Source: Leptogorgia sarmentosa (lineage: Eukaryota). From it: 64,000 nucleotides of DNA. The position numbers and the translations under genes are program-made. The number at the start of each line of letters is the position of its first letter. Within the stretch, counting starts at the first letter, position 1. Shown here in pieces: positions 11,831-24,500 of this stretch. The stretch spans positions 20,956,001 through 21,020,000 of the forward strand of contig OZ210885.1 in the NCBI GenBank assembly GCA_964658305.1. The letters run 5' to 3'. Under the pieces are notes generated by a model that worked only from the letters and a program-made list of their open reading frames with translations, made no database searches and was not told where the DNA came from.

Positions 11831-12827
11831 ATTCTACCCAAATTAAACTTTGAAGTTTACTGCAATTATGTTTTGACACTCAAACCATTGGTGGTTATTT
11901 AGAAAACACATTAAGAATATGTACTTCAACGAAGCAAATCAGCAGCTATTTTTTGACCCGAACAAGCACCCTGAAGATACTTTGAAAGCATTTCAAGAGT
12001 TTATACAAACATTTGAATTAAGATATAATGCCCAGTATCCTGACCCGCCGAGAGTATCCTTGGATGCAGCTGTGGAGAGAAGGAAAGTGGCAAATACAAC
12101 GGAAGCAACACCTCATCCAAAACCAACATTGGATCAGTATGATGTTGTACCAGTATGGGAATGTACTCATCGAAGCGATTTTATTCGGATTGGCAAGTGG
12201 CAGAGCCAGATGAATCTACTAGAGTCGAGGAAACATGGGCAGAGTTTGTGAGAAAAATGCAGGAATTCTACAAACCTACCGATAATCCTACGCTTAAGAA
12301 CTTTCATTTCCGAGCATTGTTGCAAGAAGAACAGGAATCCTTCCCAGCTTTCTGCAATTGTGTAGAAAAAGAGGCTAAATACTGTCAGTTTAGATGTGAT
12401 CATAACGACTGTTCAGCGGAGTTGATAGCAATCAGGGATCAAATAGTGATTGGTACGAATAACAGCAAGATACGAGAAGAAGCACTGAAATTGTCATGGG
12501 ATCTTACAACCCTAAGACGAGAAGGAATGAAAATGTAGAGTGCTTTGAGAGGAGGAGCTGAGATAACAGGGGAGTCCTTGAACAAATAAGGAAAATTTTC
12601 ATATTCGTGTATAAAGAAAAAAGAGGCAGGACAGAAAACACCTAAGAAAGCAGTAAGCTGTTACAACTGTGGGAATCAAGTATCTGGTCCAATTATGAAG
12701 CATAGAGAAGTGTGCTCCGCAAAGGGTGCAAAATGTAACAAATGTGGTAAAGTTGGGCATTTTGCTATAGTGTGTAAAAGTCAAAAGACATGAAGACATC
12801 CGACAAGTAGATCCTGAGGAGGATGAT

Positions 12828-15800
12828 GTGGAAGACAGAGTATACAACATCGATTTGTTCAAGATCAAGGCATCAACAAGAACAGTCAAACCCAAGATGT
12901 CATCTGGTGTCCAGAATAAGAATGACTTCAAGGCACAGCTGGTAGTGAATAATTGTCTGGACACAGTCATAATTGATACAGGAGCGCAGGTTAGTGTTTG
13001 TGGAACTGTCCAAGCAAAACGACGGAACATGTTGGACAGGATGACCTCTTCGAAGGCTAGAATTAAACCATACAAGAGTAACCCAATACCAGTACATGGC
13101 CAGGCTCGATGTGCAGTGACATTTGGACGGACATCCGTTCCCGTTGTGTGGCATATAATCTCGGGATCCTGTGAACCAATATTAGCTGGGAAAATCGCAT
13201 TGCAGCTTGGTATAATTGATTTCAATGCTAAGCCAGAGACATATCAACCCATTCTAATGATTGAATCAGAAAGTAAAGGCAACCTTCAGGAAATATTGAT
13301 GAAATATCCACAGAATTTCAACAGGATAGGCAAGCTTCATAATTATAAGGTTAAGTTGCATGTAGACAAGGAAGTTAAACCTGTCCATGTACCGCCGAGG
13401 TCATTTCCGTATCATCTGCAAGAAAAAGCCCAGCAGGCAATCGAGGACATGATACGTCAGGATGTCATTGAGGAACATCCCAGCAATGAGCCTGCACCAT
13501 GGGTTGCAAATGCTGTCCTAGCACCAAAGGACGATGGCAGCATTCGAGTTACAATGGACGCTCGCTATGTAAATAAACCATTACACTCAACGAATTACCC
13601 TATCCTGCGTCATGAAGACATCAAAGCAAAGGTATCAGGATGCCGGGTTTTCTCGAAGATGGATTTTAAATCAGCGTTCTGGCAGATTGAACTGGAGCCG
13701 GAGACAAGATATTTGACGGTGTTTCGTGCCAACAACAAATTGTGTCGCTACAAGCGTTTAAACATGGGTCTCAAGCCATCCCAAGGAGAATTGAATGCTG
13801 CACTTTTGCCTATATTTGCACATATTCCCAACGTGCACTTAATACACGATGACCTGATTGTGGCGGCCCCGACCGATGAAGATCATGATCGTTCTGTTGA
13901 GCTTTGCATGCAGGCTATCTCTGATGCAGAATTGACCCTGAATGCAAAGAAGTGCCAATTTGGCAAGAAGGAAATCTCATTTTGGGGGATGATGTATGGA
14001 GAAGTCAGGCCTGATCCATCGAAAGTTGTAGTTCTAGCATTCCTTACGGCACCATCTAATAAGGAAGAGTTAATCAGTTTCTTATGCATGATGCAATCGA
14101 ACTCAGACTTCATCCCTAATTTTGCTCAGAGGTCGGCAAAGCTACGAGAGTTGACAAAAGGATATGCAAGATTTGTTTGGAATAAGGAACACCAAGCATG
14201 CTTTCAGCAATTGATTGAAGCATTCCAGAAGGACGTCCTTCTTAGATACTTCGATATGAGCAAACCAACATACGTCTTTGTGGACGCCCATGTAACGGGA
14301 TTAGGCGCAATGTTGGCTCAAGGAAATAGTATCAAGGAGGCCAAACCGGTAGCGTTCGCATCTAGAGCAACTACCTTGGCAGGGGTAAGATATCCACAGT
14401 TGGATTTGGAAGCTATGAGTGTTGATTTTGGACTCAGAAGATTTCATAACTATCTTGTTGGGTTACCCCAGATTGTCTATGTTGTAACCGACCATAAACC
14501 CCTGTGCTCCATTTTCAACAACAATCGGGCAGGCTCAATTCGAACTGATCACATCAAGCTTAGACATCAAGATGTTAGATACGAAGTCGTGTACCAAGAA
14601 GGAAAGCTCAACAAAGTTGATTTTACGTCAAGGAGGGCTAAGCCGCTACAGGAATTGACGAGCCAAGAGAGGGAAGAAGCAGAAGAGCTTAATAACCTTT
14701 TGTATCTTCTCCATACCACACCAGTGATAGACAGTATCGGTATAGGCAATATCGCGAAGCAAACGAAGGCAGATAAAACATTAAGTGATCTTTCAGGAAT
14801 CATAGAGCGTGGGCAAACGTGGAAACCAAAGTCCTCTGATCCTAAATTACGAAAGTTTGAGCAGCTCCTTTCGGAAATAACCATTGCAGGGAATGGTATC
14901 TTGTTCAAAGGAGAACGAATTATACTGCCTGAGAGCTTGCAAAGTGCAGCAATTCAACTAGCTCACAGAGGAAGTCATCCTGGTCGAAGTGGCATTGAAA
15001 GACGTCTGAGATACCACTTTTTCTTCCATAACATGCATTCAAAGGTTAAACAATTTGTTGAGAATTGTAAAGCATGTAACATATTTAGCGAAAAGAAGAC
15101 CAGCGAGCCGATAAAGGCACACGAAGTACCAAAGAAGTGTTGGGAGACGGTGGCGGTAGATCTGTTTGGGCCCATGCCATCTTTGAAACACATAGTGGTT
15201 GTCCAGGACCTGGCTTCAAGGTTTCCAGCAGCCAAGCTAGTTTCTTCAACAGGGGCCTCCCACGTTCTCCCTGCCTTGGCTGACATATATGATTCGTATG
15301 GAAATCCAGACCACCACCCGCCTTTTAATTCAAGAGCTATGGAAGCTTTTGCTAGAAAACAAGACATCCAACTTAGAAAGATACCCCCATTACACCCTGC
15401 TGCTAATCCGGTAGAAACATTTACGAAGCCACTCAGGAAGGCGATGAAGATAGCGCAATCTACTCGATGCTCAGAGAAGGAGGTTTTAGGTGACGTGCTG
15501 GTTAATTATCGGGATAGCCCACATCCAGCTACGGGTACTACTCCAGCTGCTATGTTGTTCAGAGATGGGGCTAAAAGTACGTTTCCGAGACGATCTGTAT
15601 CGGCAGAACAAATAGAAAAAGCCAGAGATGAAGACAAGGAAATCAAAAGAGAGCACCAGGAGAAAATTAATGCTTCAAAGTACAGGATCCCCTCACAGTT
15701 CCAAGTTGGAGATACGGTTATGTTACGGAATCACAAAAGAGCATCTAAATTTGACCCAATATTTCTTTCAGAATCCTGTAAGGTTGTTGGGTGTTCTGCG

Positions 15801-15950
15801 GATGGACGGGTCTTGACGGTGGAAAGAAAGGTGGACGGGAAAATATTTACAAGACACCCTGATGACGTCAGGATTTTCTGTGGATTTCCAGATGCCTTTG
15901 TAGGAGAGATCACAATGTCCGAAGAAGTTGAAAATATGATGTTGGCATAA
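12828..15950 (+). CDS. Gypsy pol polyprotein (protease, RT, RNase H, integrase), probably non-functional
   Basis: 1040-aa ORF: IDTGA; FSKMDFKSAFWQ, LIHDDL; VDAH, VTDHKPL; HRGSHPG..CKAC, VDLFGP. The second integrase Asp region appears lost to a small deletion (GNPD-HHPPFNS). Confidence 0.85.
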   Translation: MEDRVYNIDLFKIKASTRTVKPKMSSGVQNKNDFKAQLVVNNCLDTVIIDTGAQVSVCGTVQAKRRNMLDRMTSSKARIKPYKSNPIPVHGQARCAVTFGRTSVPVVWHIISGSCEPILAGKIALQLGIIDFNAKPETYQPILMIESESKGNLQEILMKYPQNFNRIGKLHNYKVKLHVDKEVKPVHVPPRSFPYHLQEKAQQAIEDMIRQDVIEEHPSNEPAPWVANAVLAPKDDGSIRVTMDARYVNKPLHSTNYPILRHEDIKAKVSGCRVFSKMDFKSAFWQIELEPETRYLTVFRANNKLCRYKRLNMGLKPSQGELNAALLPIFAHIPNVHLIHDDLIVAAPTDEDHDRSVELCMQAISDAELTLNAKKCQFGKKEISFWGMMYGEVRPDPSKVVVLAFLTAPSNKEELISFLCMMQSNSDFIPNFAQRSAKLRELTKGYARFVWNKEHQACFQQLIEAFQKDVLLRYFDMSKPTYVFVDAHVTGLGAMLAQGNSIKEAKPVAFASRATTLAGVRYPQLDLEAMSVDFGLRRFHNYLVGLPQIVYVVTDHKPLCSIFNNNRAGSIRTDHIKLRHQDVRYEVVYQEGKLNKVDFTSRRAKPLQELTSQEREEAEELNNLLYLLHTTPVIDSIGIGNIAKQTKADKTLSDLSGIIERGQTWKPKSSDPKLRKFEQLLSEITIAGNGILFKGERIILPESLQSAAIQLAHRGSHPGRSGIERRLRYHFFFHNMHSKVKQFVENCKACNIFSEKKTSEPIKAHEVPKKCWETVAVDLFGPMPSLKHIVVVQDLASRFPAAKLVSSTGASHVLPALADIYDSYGNPDHHPPFNSRAMEAFARKQDIQLRKIPPLHPAANPVETFTKPLRKAMKIAQSTRCSEKEVLGDVLVNYRDSPHPATGTTPAAMLFRDGAKSTFPRRSVSAEQIEKARDEDKEIKREHQEKINASKYRIPSQFQVGDTVMLRNHKRASKFDPIFLSESCKVVGCSADGRVLTVERKVDGKIFTRHPDDVRIFCGFPDAFVGEITMSEEVENMMLA

Positions 15951-16177
15951 ACGATTTCAGCAATGCATACCAATGGACAATACAGACGGGGATTATGAGG
16001 AGAGTAATCAACAAGCCATGAATACCCAGGGGAGCAACGGTGTCTCTTCCGACCAAAGCCAAGGAATGACAGTAAATGGCGAAGTGGACACAATTGTTCT
16101 CCCTTGCCGGTCGCAGAGGATAAGAAGAGCCAACCCCAGATATAAAGACTATGTAACTTATAACGTTGTTTGATCCA

Positions 16178-16909
16178 GAGTGTAGCATCAACACCATGCA
16201 CTGACAAACATCGTTGAACATGGACTTTCATTAGCACAATTTACATAATCATAATAATAACACAAACAATAGAGTGAATGAAAATTCGTTTATTGAACAC
16301 AAACAAACAATAACATTATACTAAACAACATTAAGAAACAAAGGGCAATCACTACGAAATTGGATGAAAATGCATCACTCCGATTTACATCAATACAAAT
16401 ACGAATGTTCCCAGTTACATACAATACAAATTATCCTTCAATTTCTTCTCGATTTAGACATCGGGGCAAGTAGGTCTGCATGAAACGATACCACTGACTG
16501 CATTTACAGTAGCAGGGGTTATTGAGGCGACATTTCGTTGTAGTGCTTGTAGCAGTATAGCTCTGTACGATAATGCCCAAGCGCGATACCCTAACTATGC
16601 CAAAAGCGATACCAAACGTTGAGCGTCATTTTTGGCCTTAAATACCTTCCTCAGGCTTTCTGTATTGTGTGGAGTGATGCATTTTAATCCAATTTTGTAG
16701 TGATTACTTGTTGTTTCTTAATGTTGTTTAGTATGATGTTATTGTTTGTTTGTGTTCAATAAACGAATTTTCATTCACTCCATTCTTTGTGTTAAATGAA
16801 CTGATGAATGTTACCGATTATGTAAATTGTGCTAATGAAAGTCCATGTTCAACGATAGCTTGTTGATAAACGCCATAGTTTGTCAGTGCATGGTGTTGAT
16901 GCTACACTC
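16178..16909. mobile_element. Fold-back/MITE with about 200-240 bp inverted arms, in the Gypsy 3' UTR
   Basis: 16178-16380 (GAGTGTAGCATCAACACCATGC...) is the reverse complement of 16671-16909 (...GCATGGTGTTGATGCTACACTC), with indels. No clear TSD. Confidence 0.8.
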
Positions 16910-17227
16910 CGTTTCCATGAATGTCTAAAGGTTGTATAGATTGTTGTTTTATGCTATTGAATTTTCATGCATATATTAAATGCGTTACTCGATGTTTTCT
17001 TCGCACTAATGAAGTTTAATGTGACGTTATTGAATGTACAATGATTTTATTGCACCAACGCTTGGCACAAATGAATGAATATTTTGCTTTATTGAATAGC
17101 AAAAGGTGTATTTAAAAAAATGGGGATGTGGTACATTATATTTTGTATTATAACATAGTTTAGATGAACCGCTGGACAGTGAACTGTGTGTTCAAATATG
17201 GCGGAAAAACATAAAAAGGGGAGTGAC

Positions 17228-17872
17228 CACTGAGCTATACTTAATATATCTGGAGATCAGGTCGTAATACCACGCCGTACAAAATAGTGTCGCCAAAAAC
17301 ATGGCGGATTTTAGCCAAATTTACGTCATTATGACGTAGTAAGTCCCCTATTTCGGGGGACTAACCACTCACCAAATAACATTGCCGAAAGTGAGCAGTT
17401 TTCTCACCCCCCTGTCTGAAAATAAAATACTAAAATACCAGCTAACATCACGTCAAAGTTTTAAATTCAACATGCCGCGTTTTTGCTATGTTTACGGATG
17501 TCACAACTCCTTTGACAACAAAGAACTGTCGTCACACTTGCCCATTCCTGTCCTCTTTAATCAATCGCGTTCGGTATTTATAGGCGCGTACATCAACAAA
17601 TACAACAATATATTTTTGAGATGTAAGAGAATTTTAATACTTTATCTCAATTCTTTGAAAAAATATCAAAACAGCACTGCAGTATATATATTTATATATA
17701 AAATTGTACAGTAAAATCCAGGGGGGATTGGTAACGGCACCTGCACACACTTCAACTGTGGTCAGTAATTACCATCATGAGAATAGGGGACGTGTGACAT
17801 AAAATCCGCCATGTTTTTAGCGACACCTTTCAGTGGAGTGCCTGATCTCCAGATTAATAATATAGCTTAGTG
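17228..17872. mobile_element. Non-autonomous P-element-like DNA transposon in the Gypsy LTR
   Basis: TIRs CACTGAGCTATA..TCTGGAGATCAGG / CCTGATCTCCAGA..TATAGCTTAGTG. Exact 8-bp TSD GGAGTGAC (17220-17227, 17873-17880). Subterminal inverted repeats; THAP start MPRFCYVYGCHN. Confidence 0.85.
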
Positions 17873-17918
17873 GGAGTGACTTTTTGTATATTATTATTAA
17901 ATTGTAGAGCTTATAACA

Positions 17919-19509
17919 CCTACTATTCTATCCCAGTGAAAAAGTGCGAGCAAAAATATCTGAGGTTCCAATGGAGAGGGGACCTTTATAATTCACTTGT
18001 TTGCCAAACAGCCTATCCTGTGCGCCAAGGGTCTTTACCAAAACATTAAAACCTGTTTTGTTCATCCTCTCCAAGATACAGAACGAGGGAGGGCTGGGTG
18101 TGTGTGTAATACCAGAACGGCCCACACAGGGTTGGTACGCACAAGCATTACAAATGATGAGAGTAGAACCAGTTCGGATCCGAGCCCGAAAAGACCTCAC
18201 ACTACCAAGCAATCCACAAGCTGTGCACCCGCTGTGGTTCAAACTAACCCTCCTGGTGTGCCTCTTATCAGACAGAGCTTAAGCAATAATGATCTGTCAG
18301 CAACGGCAACCAACATTCTCCTAGCTTCTTGGAGGCCAGGCACGTCTAAACAGTATCAAACTTACCTGAACCGTTGGCAAGAGTATTGCACGAATAATGG
18401 GTTGGATGCCTTTCAGCGCTTTCAACGATACTGAAATTGGAGGAGGGCGTGCAGGAGTGTTTGAATTGAGGCCAGCACTGCTGAGGTACACCAACATTTG
18501 GGACGTGAATGTTGTGTTAGGGTACCTAAAGTTGTTTGAAACTGTCACCACACTAACGTTGAAACAGCTTACTCTGAAATTAACGATGTTACTATGCCTC
18601 ACAACGGGGCAGAGAGGACAGACAATCCACAAGTTCGATATTCACTATACAGGGTGTATAAAAAAAAAGTTTACTGATGAAAAACATTCTCTAAACTAAC
18701 GAGCGCTCAAAATTTTCAAAAACTTTCGGTTAGCCCGGGTAGTTTAACATCCTCTGCTATATCTAGCACTAAGTTTATTTTAAAAACAAACTTTTTTAGA
18801 ATGGGAAATGTGGTTACTAAAAGGGCCATTAAAAACAGCTTGTGCGGAAAAATAAGTTTTCTTCAAACAATTTAATCGGATGAAAATATGGAGTATGATA
18901 TACAAGCTATTCAAGTTTTGAGAAATTTGGTGCACGCTGAGACAGACATGCACTGTCCGAAAACTGGATTTTCCGCAATTTGTTCGCGTAATTACGGACC
19001 TTTGGGAATCAGCGTGCAATTTGCATTGGTAATTAATGCAAATATTCAATTATGCATAAATTAATCGGTAATTGTGCAGCAAAGAACGCAAAATCCAGTT
19101 TTCGGACATCACACATTCGTCTCAGCGTGCACCAAATTTCTCAAGACTTGAATAGCTTGTATATCATACTCCATATTTTCATCCAATTAATTCAAATTGT
19201 GTTAAGAGGGAACATTCGCAGTTATTATTAAGCTTTATTAAACCTCATAAACCTGTATGTAAAGAGACAATAGCGAGATGGGTGAAACTGATTTTAAAAT
19301 CAGCAGGGATTGATGTAGCAAAATATAAAGCCCATAGCAGCCGAGCAGCGTCAGCATCCAAATGTAAAGTGACAGGACTTAATATCACAGAGATAATGAA
19401 ATCGGCTGGCTGGTCTAATGCAAACACATTTGCACGGTTTTATGAGAAACCAGTAGAAACGGATGGCAACAACTTTGGCTCTACTGTTTTAAGTCAAGGA
19501 CCATTGTAG
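17919..19509 (+). pseudogene. DIRS RT / methyltransferase-like / tyrosine recombinase remnants
   Basis: YYSIPV..YLRFQW..LSCAPRVFTKTLKPV (RT); VIPERPTQGWY (MT-like); SWRPGTSKQY..WDVNVVL..LTLKLTMLLCLTTGQR..TIARWVK..AHSSRAAS..AGWSNANTFARFY (YR). Confidence 0.9.
18650..19190. mobile_element. Tc1/mariner-type fold-back MITE, right end deleted, in the DIRS YR gene
   Basis: TA|CAGGGTGTATAAAAAAA start, the same terminus as the element at 44099. Internal inverted arms at about 18871-18975 and 19090-19190. Confidence 0.75.
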
Positions 19510-19882
19510 TTATGTGTAGGTTCAAGTTGCATTGTTCTTATTGGTAATTATAAATCAACATTTCTCAAACATTAGCTGTTCGTAGTACAGGACTTTGAAA
19601 TCTCATGTGACTCTGTAGTGACGTAGACTGATGATGTGATAGAATTATAAAATTAAACGAGACCTACTTGTAAGTTGAAGTTTGATGGTAATTCTGTCAT
19701 GTCATGTCATCAGTCAGGAACGAAGGAGTCACATGCCCAGGGACCCTCCCTCCCTGTCTCCTTCATTCCAGTGGCTCCTGCACTACTCACGTTGAACACT
19801 GACCTGAAGTGCGCATCTCATGTGACTCCTTCGTTCCTGACTGATGACATGAGAGAATTACCATCAAACTTCAACTTACAAG

Positions 19883-21555
19883 TGTAATATATCGAACTTC
19901 AAGTGTCGAAAGAATAACTATATATATTTGTCTAAGGTTTACAACTTAAATACATACTAATTTACATATGATAATTATTAGCCTAATGATTTAAATAATA
20001 ACTTTATGATAATATACTACAACCCCCCATAAAAAGCTTCTTTTTTTTTTTTCAGTTTCTTTCTATAAATAAAATTAATCTATAGCCTAATGAACCTCAC
20101 TAAATTGTCAATTCTACTGTTGTTCTAATTTGTCCCAAAATTTAGTAAGTATATTTCTTTCCTAAGTATATTTCTAATGTTCTTTCTTGTCCCTAAATTT
20201 ACTCTTAATATCTATCTGGTACTTTGACTAACCGTCCTGAATGTGTACGGTAGCCTTCGTCATTGTTCCTTGTTTGTTGCTGTTGGTCGTCTGACCTTTC
20301 TTGTTGCTGTTCCTGTTGCGCACTTGCAGACTGCGTCACTTCTGGATGTGTGTCAACATATGTGCTTGTCTGATCTTGCGACGTATCTCTCTGCAAATTT
20401 CACCGATTCCTTCGATAAACTGCTCCATCTGGGGTCTAGACTATGTAACTTCTGGGCGTATTTGCTGTTTTGATCACCTTACCAGGTCACCACTCGCCTT
20501 CTTGCCTGATGCGCACTGTTTCACCAGTTTCGAATGGTTGTAAAGGTATAGCAGACTTATCATAGATAACTTTCTGCTCAGCTTGCTTCTTCTGTAACCT
20601 TTTCTGTGTTTCATGATAACAAACTGTTTCAGGAATGAGATGATTTGTGGTACATGGTAAGATTGAACGCAAACGTCTTCCCATTGATAGCTGTGCTAGC
20701 GATTTGTAGTTTTACGCCACTGGCGTATTGCGTTGTTCCAACAAAGCAAGGTATGGGTCTTTACGATCATGTTTGGCCTTCTCTAACATCTTCTTGGCGG
20801 TTTGCACTGTCTTTTCCGCCAGGCCATTCGACTGCGGATACTTTGGGCTTGACGTTACATCTGAAAATTTCCAACTTGCTGCGACCTTTGCGAACTCGGC
20901 GGAACTATACTGTGGACCATTATCCGATTTTACAATCTCCAGTATTCCGTGCCTCGCAAAGATTTGCCTCAACTTGTCGATGATTATGGTACTCGTCGTG
21001 CTGCCCAATCATCCAATTTCCCAGTATCGACTGTAATAGTCAACAACTACAATATAATTGCCACCATTCCATGCGAACAAATTGGTAGCTACGATTTGCC
21101 ATGGATACTGTGGAATCTCGTGTGGAATCATTGGCTCTTTGGGGTTACTAGGTCTGAGTTCCTGACAAGTTGGACAGTTAGACACCAAGTCTTCGATCTG
21201 TTTGGACATACCAGGCCAAAACACTAACTCGCGAGCTCGAAGCTTGCTTCTTTCGATCCCGAGATGTCCTTCATGAATTTGAGATAGAATGTCTTTTCGC
21301 AATGCTTGAGGAACAACAATTACATCGCCTTTGAAAATAAGACCATCAAATTCAACAAGTTCGTCTCTATATGCCCAATACTCACTAACTTGTTTTGATA
21401 CTTTGTTCTTGTGATTAGGCCATCCCTCCTGGATCACCTCTGATAGTTTTATCATAGTGCTATCTTTGCTTGTTTCTTCACGTAACCCTGCCAGTTTCTT
21501 ATCACTCACTGGTAGGTTTGAGGTCACTGTATGAACACATAGCACAAGATCTTCA
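19883..21555 (-). mobile_element. Ty3/Gypsy 3' fragment (integrase, PPT, 139-bp LTR)
   Basis: HEGHLG..CPTC, VVVDYYSRY, KSDNGPQY, YPQSNGLAEK, RTHSGRLVKVPDRY. Purine tract on - at 20023-20052. LTR 19883-20021 TGTAATAT...ATACTACA. Confidence 0.88.
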
Positions 21556-24500
21556 TCTTCGAAAGCTCCAAATTGAACAACGAACACGAGAATTGAAACT
21601 GAGAACAGAACTAGCAAAGATTGAAGCCGAAGATAGAATATACAGCCAAGCTATGGGAAGCGATTTGGTTAACCCGAATACTGTTAACAAAGAAAGACTT
21701 CGGTCTCGGAGGAACCTACCAACTCAAACTGTTTCAAACCAGAATTTCAAGGAAACAAAGGGTGGTTTGGACCAGAGAGGCAACCCAACTACTGACGCAG
21801 CGTTAAAGGATGAAGATGAAGCCAGTTCATACATCGCAAAAGAATTTTTACATAGCATGTCTAATATTCAACAGCAACAACAGGAGCAGATAATGATGAT
21901 GTACGACATACAAGGGAGAAGAGACGATCAGTTACAGAAAGTTCTCACCTGCCATCGTGAAATGACTGCGACGATGTCTTTGCCAGATGTAAAAGTCCCA
22001 ATATTCGATGGAAAGCCAACAGAATACTGTCATTTCGTGAGAGCATTCGAGAATTTAATCGAATCTAAGACATTCAATCAGCAAAGTAAACTTTTTTACT
22101 TGGTTCAATACACCTCGGGTGAAGTTGAAGACCTGATGCGAAGCTGTCTTACGATGAAACCAGAAGAAGGATACACAGAAGCTAGGAGATTGTTAAAGGA
22201 GAAATATGGTCAAAACTACAGAATTGCAACAGCCTTGGTGAATCGCGTGACTGAAGCTGCACCTATTAAATCCGAAGATGGTATTGCATTACAAACATTT
22301 TCTGTTTTTCTCGTAAGTTGTCGAAACACGCTAAAGGAAATTGGTTATCTTAACAAGATTGAGAACCCGGATTGTCTCCAAAATTATTGATTATTTATTA
22401 CTTATTACTCCAAAATTATTGCTACCATTTTCTCGGTGACAAAAATGGAGAGAACGTGCTGATGATATCACTAGCAATAAAGAAAGGGATATAAGTTTTG
22501 ATGATGTCGTCAAATTTGTCGAAGAAAGAGTACGAGTTATGAATCATCCAATCTTTGGTAAGCTAACAACAAGTAAATCGAAGGAAGTACGCGAGCCCAA
22601 AGGACGATATTCATTTGGTATCGATGCAAACAGTGGTTATCAGAGTCGGCAATCAGAAGATGGTAAAGTAGAATCGAAAGTTTACAAATGTCCCATGTGT
22701 AGCGCTAATCATATCCTACCATGATGTAATCGTTTTCAAAGGGAATCAGTCAAATGACGTACCAAGATCGCTCGTAAGACCGGACTATGTTTTAATTGTT
22801 TATTTCAAGGACACATAGCAGGGTTGTGCCCGAAAAATAGCTTTTGTAAAGTGACTGGCTGCGTAGTGAAACACTCAACATATCTACATCCCAAACCGAA
22901 CGCAACTGTGGCTGATAAATCCTGTGGTCCAGATAGTTCAGAGGAGTCTCGACATACCGAATACCAAGCTCAAAACAATGCCACCAGCGCTCAAATTGAT
23001 GTAAATGGGGCCAGTGCCACTCACATCAGTTTACCACTTGTTCCAGTCAAGGTGAAATGCACTCAAACATCAAAGACTGTGGAGACTTACACGTTTTTAG
23101 ACACTGGGTCCAACACAACGTTTTGCACAACTGAATTGTTGCAACAACTGGGTGTTCAAGGAAGAGAGACAACACTATCACTAACTACTTTACAGGAAGA
23201 AGATCGCGTGATAAAAACAAGTGTTATCAGTTTGGAAGTCTTCGACCTAGAAGAGAGCAACATGGTGGAACTTCCCACAGTTTTCTCGACAGGACATTTA
23301 CCAATCAGTGAGTCAAGCATACCTTCACAAGTAGATGTCGACAAGTGGTCTCAATTCGAAGATGTGAAATTACAAAGTGTCAATGCACCTATTGGTCTAT
23401 TAATTGGCAATGACGCGCCACGAGCCCTTGAACCAATAGAAGTGAGAAGATGTAATGGTAAAGGACCTTATGCGGTGAAAACGATTCTAGGATGGACGAT
23501 CAATGGCCCACTTGAGCGAAACAGAACTGGTCGTCGTTGTGCAAACTTCATTCGATGTGACGCCGACCTTGATGATCAATTCAAGAAATTCTGTGACATG
23601 GAATTCAACGAAGTTGCACTCGACAACAAGTTCGAAATGTCCACTGAAGACCAGTGTGCTCTTCGCATTATGGAAGGATCGGCGCAGCTGAAAAATGGGC
23701 ATTATCAAATCTCATTGCCTTGGAGGAATTCCCCTGTTTATTTACCGAATAACAGACCTTTGGCAGAACATCGTATTCTGATGTTATGGATGATTTGATG
23801 AAGAAAGATTATTCCTGAGAAGTTCCTGAAAGTCTTATCAACCATCCTCAGCAACCACTTTGGTACCTACCTCACCACCCGGTGATAAATCCTAACAAAC
23901 CGGATAAACTGCGAGTCGTTTTTGATTGCGCTGCAAAGTACCATGGCCCATCACTTCATCATCAACTCTTGCAAGGTCCTGACCTCACAAACAGCTTGGT
24001 TGGTGTTCTTCAGAGATTCCGAGAAGACCACATTGCGTTAATGGCCGACATAGAAACAATGTTTCATCAAGTGAGGACCACACCCAGTGAATGATGCATT
24101 GCGTTTCCTTTGGTGGCCGAATAACGATCTCAATGCTGAACCATATGAGTATCAAATGTTAGTGCACCTCTTTGGAGCAACTTCTTCACCGAGTTGTGCA
24201 AACTTTGCTCTTCGCAAAACCGCAGAAGACAACGCCAACGATTTTGATCCCTCAATTACCGACATAGTAAAGAAAAACTTCTACGTTGATGACTGCCTCA
24301 AGTCGGTCCCTGATGAGCAGAAAGGTGTTGAAGTGGCAAATAAGCTCCCAGAATTGCTCAGTCGTGGTGGATTCCATCTTACTAAATGGGTATCAAATTC
24401 CACAGCAGTAATTGAATCCATCCCCGAGAGTGGAAGAGCTGGCACTGCAAAAGAGTTGAATTTTTCGCAAGCAACTGTACAGCGAGCTCTAGGAAAGAAT

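Larger units (their letters stand above)
11919..17918 (+). mobile_element. Ty3/Gypsy LTR retrotransposon (gag, pol, PPT, short 3' LTR; 5' LTR missing)
   Basis: Disrupted gag with CCHC (CNKCGKVGHFAIVC); long pol ORF; PPT at about 17114-17126; LTR TG 17127 to CA 17918, about 139 bp once the P-like insert is removed. Confidence 0.9.
8493..19883 (+). mobile_element. DIRS1-type tyrosine-recombinase retrotransposon, internally deleted and filled with nested insertions
   Basis: Left end 8493-8535 is complementary to 19603-19646 (ICR). TGCGCACTTCAGGTCAGTG near 8545-8563 is inverted near 19797-19815 (ITR). 19666-19735 pairs with 19819-19883. Putative gag start at 8747; RT, MT and YR remnants at 17919-19509. 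Confidence 0.85.

Noticed and set aside
11830..11919. 5' LTR of the Gypsy element
   Set aside because: No match to the 3' LTR starting at 17127.
21009..22390. Overlapping divergent gene pair (21009-21617 on -, 21470-22390 on +)
   Set aside because: Both frames simply read through the Gypsy/BEL fusion junction near 21555.
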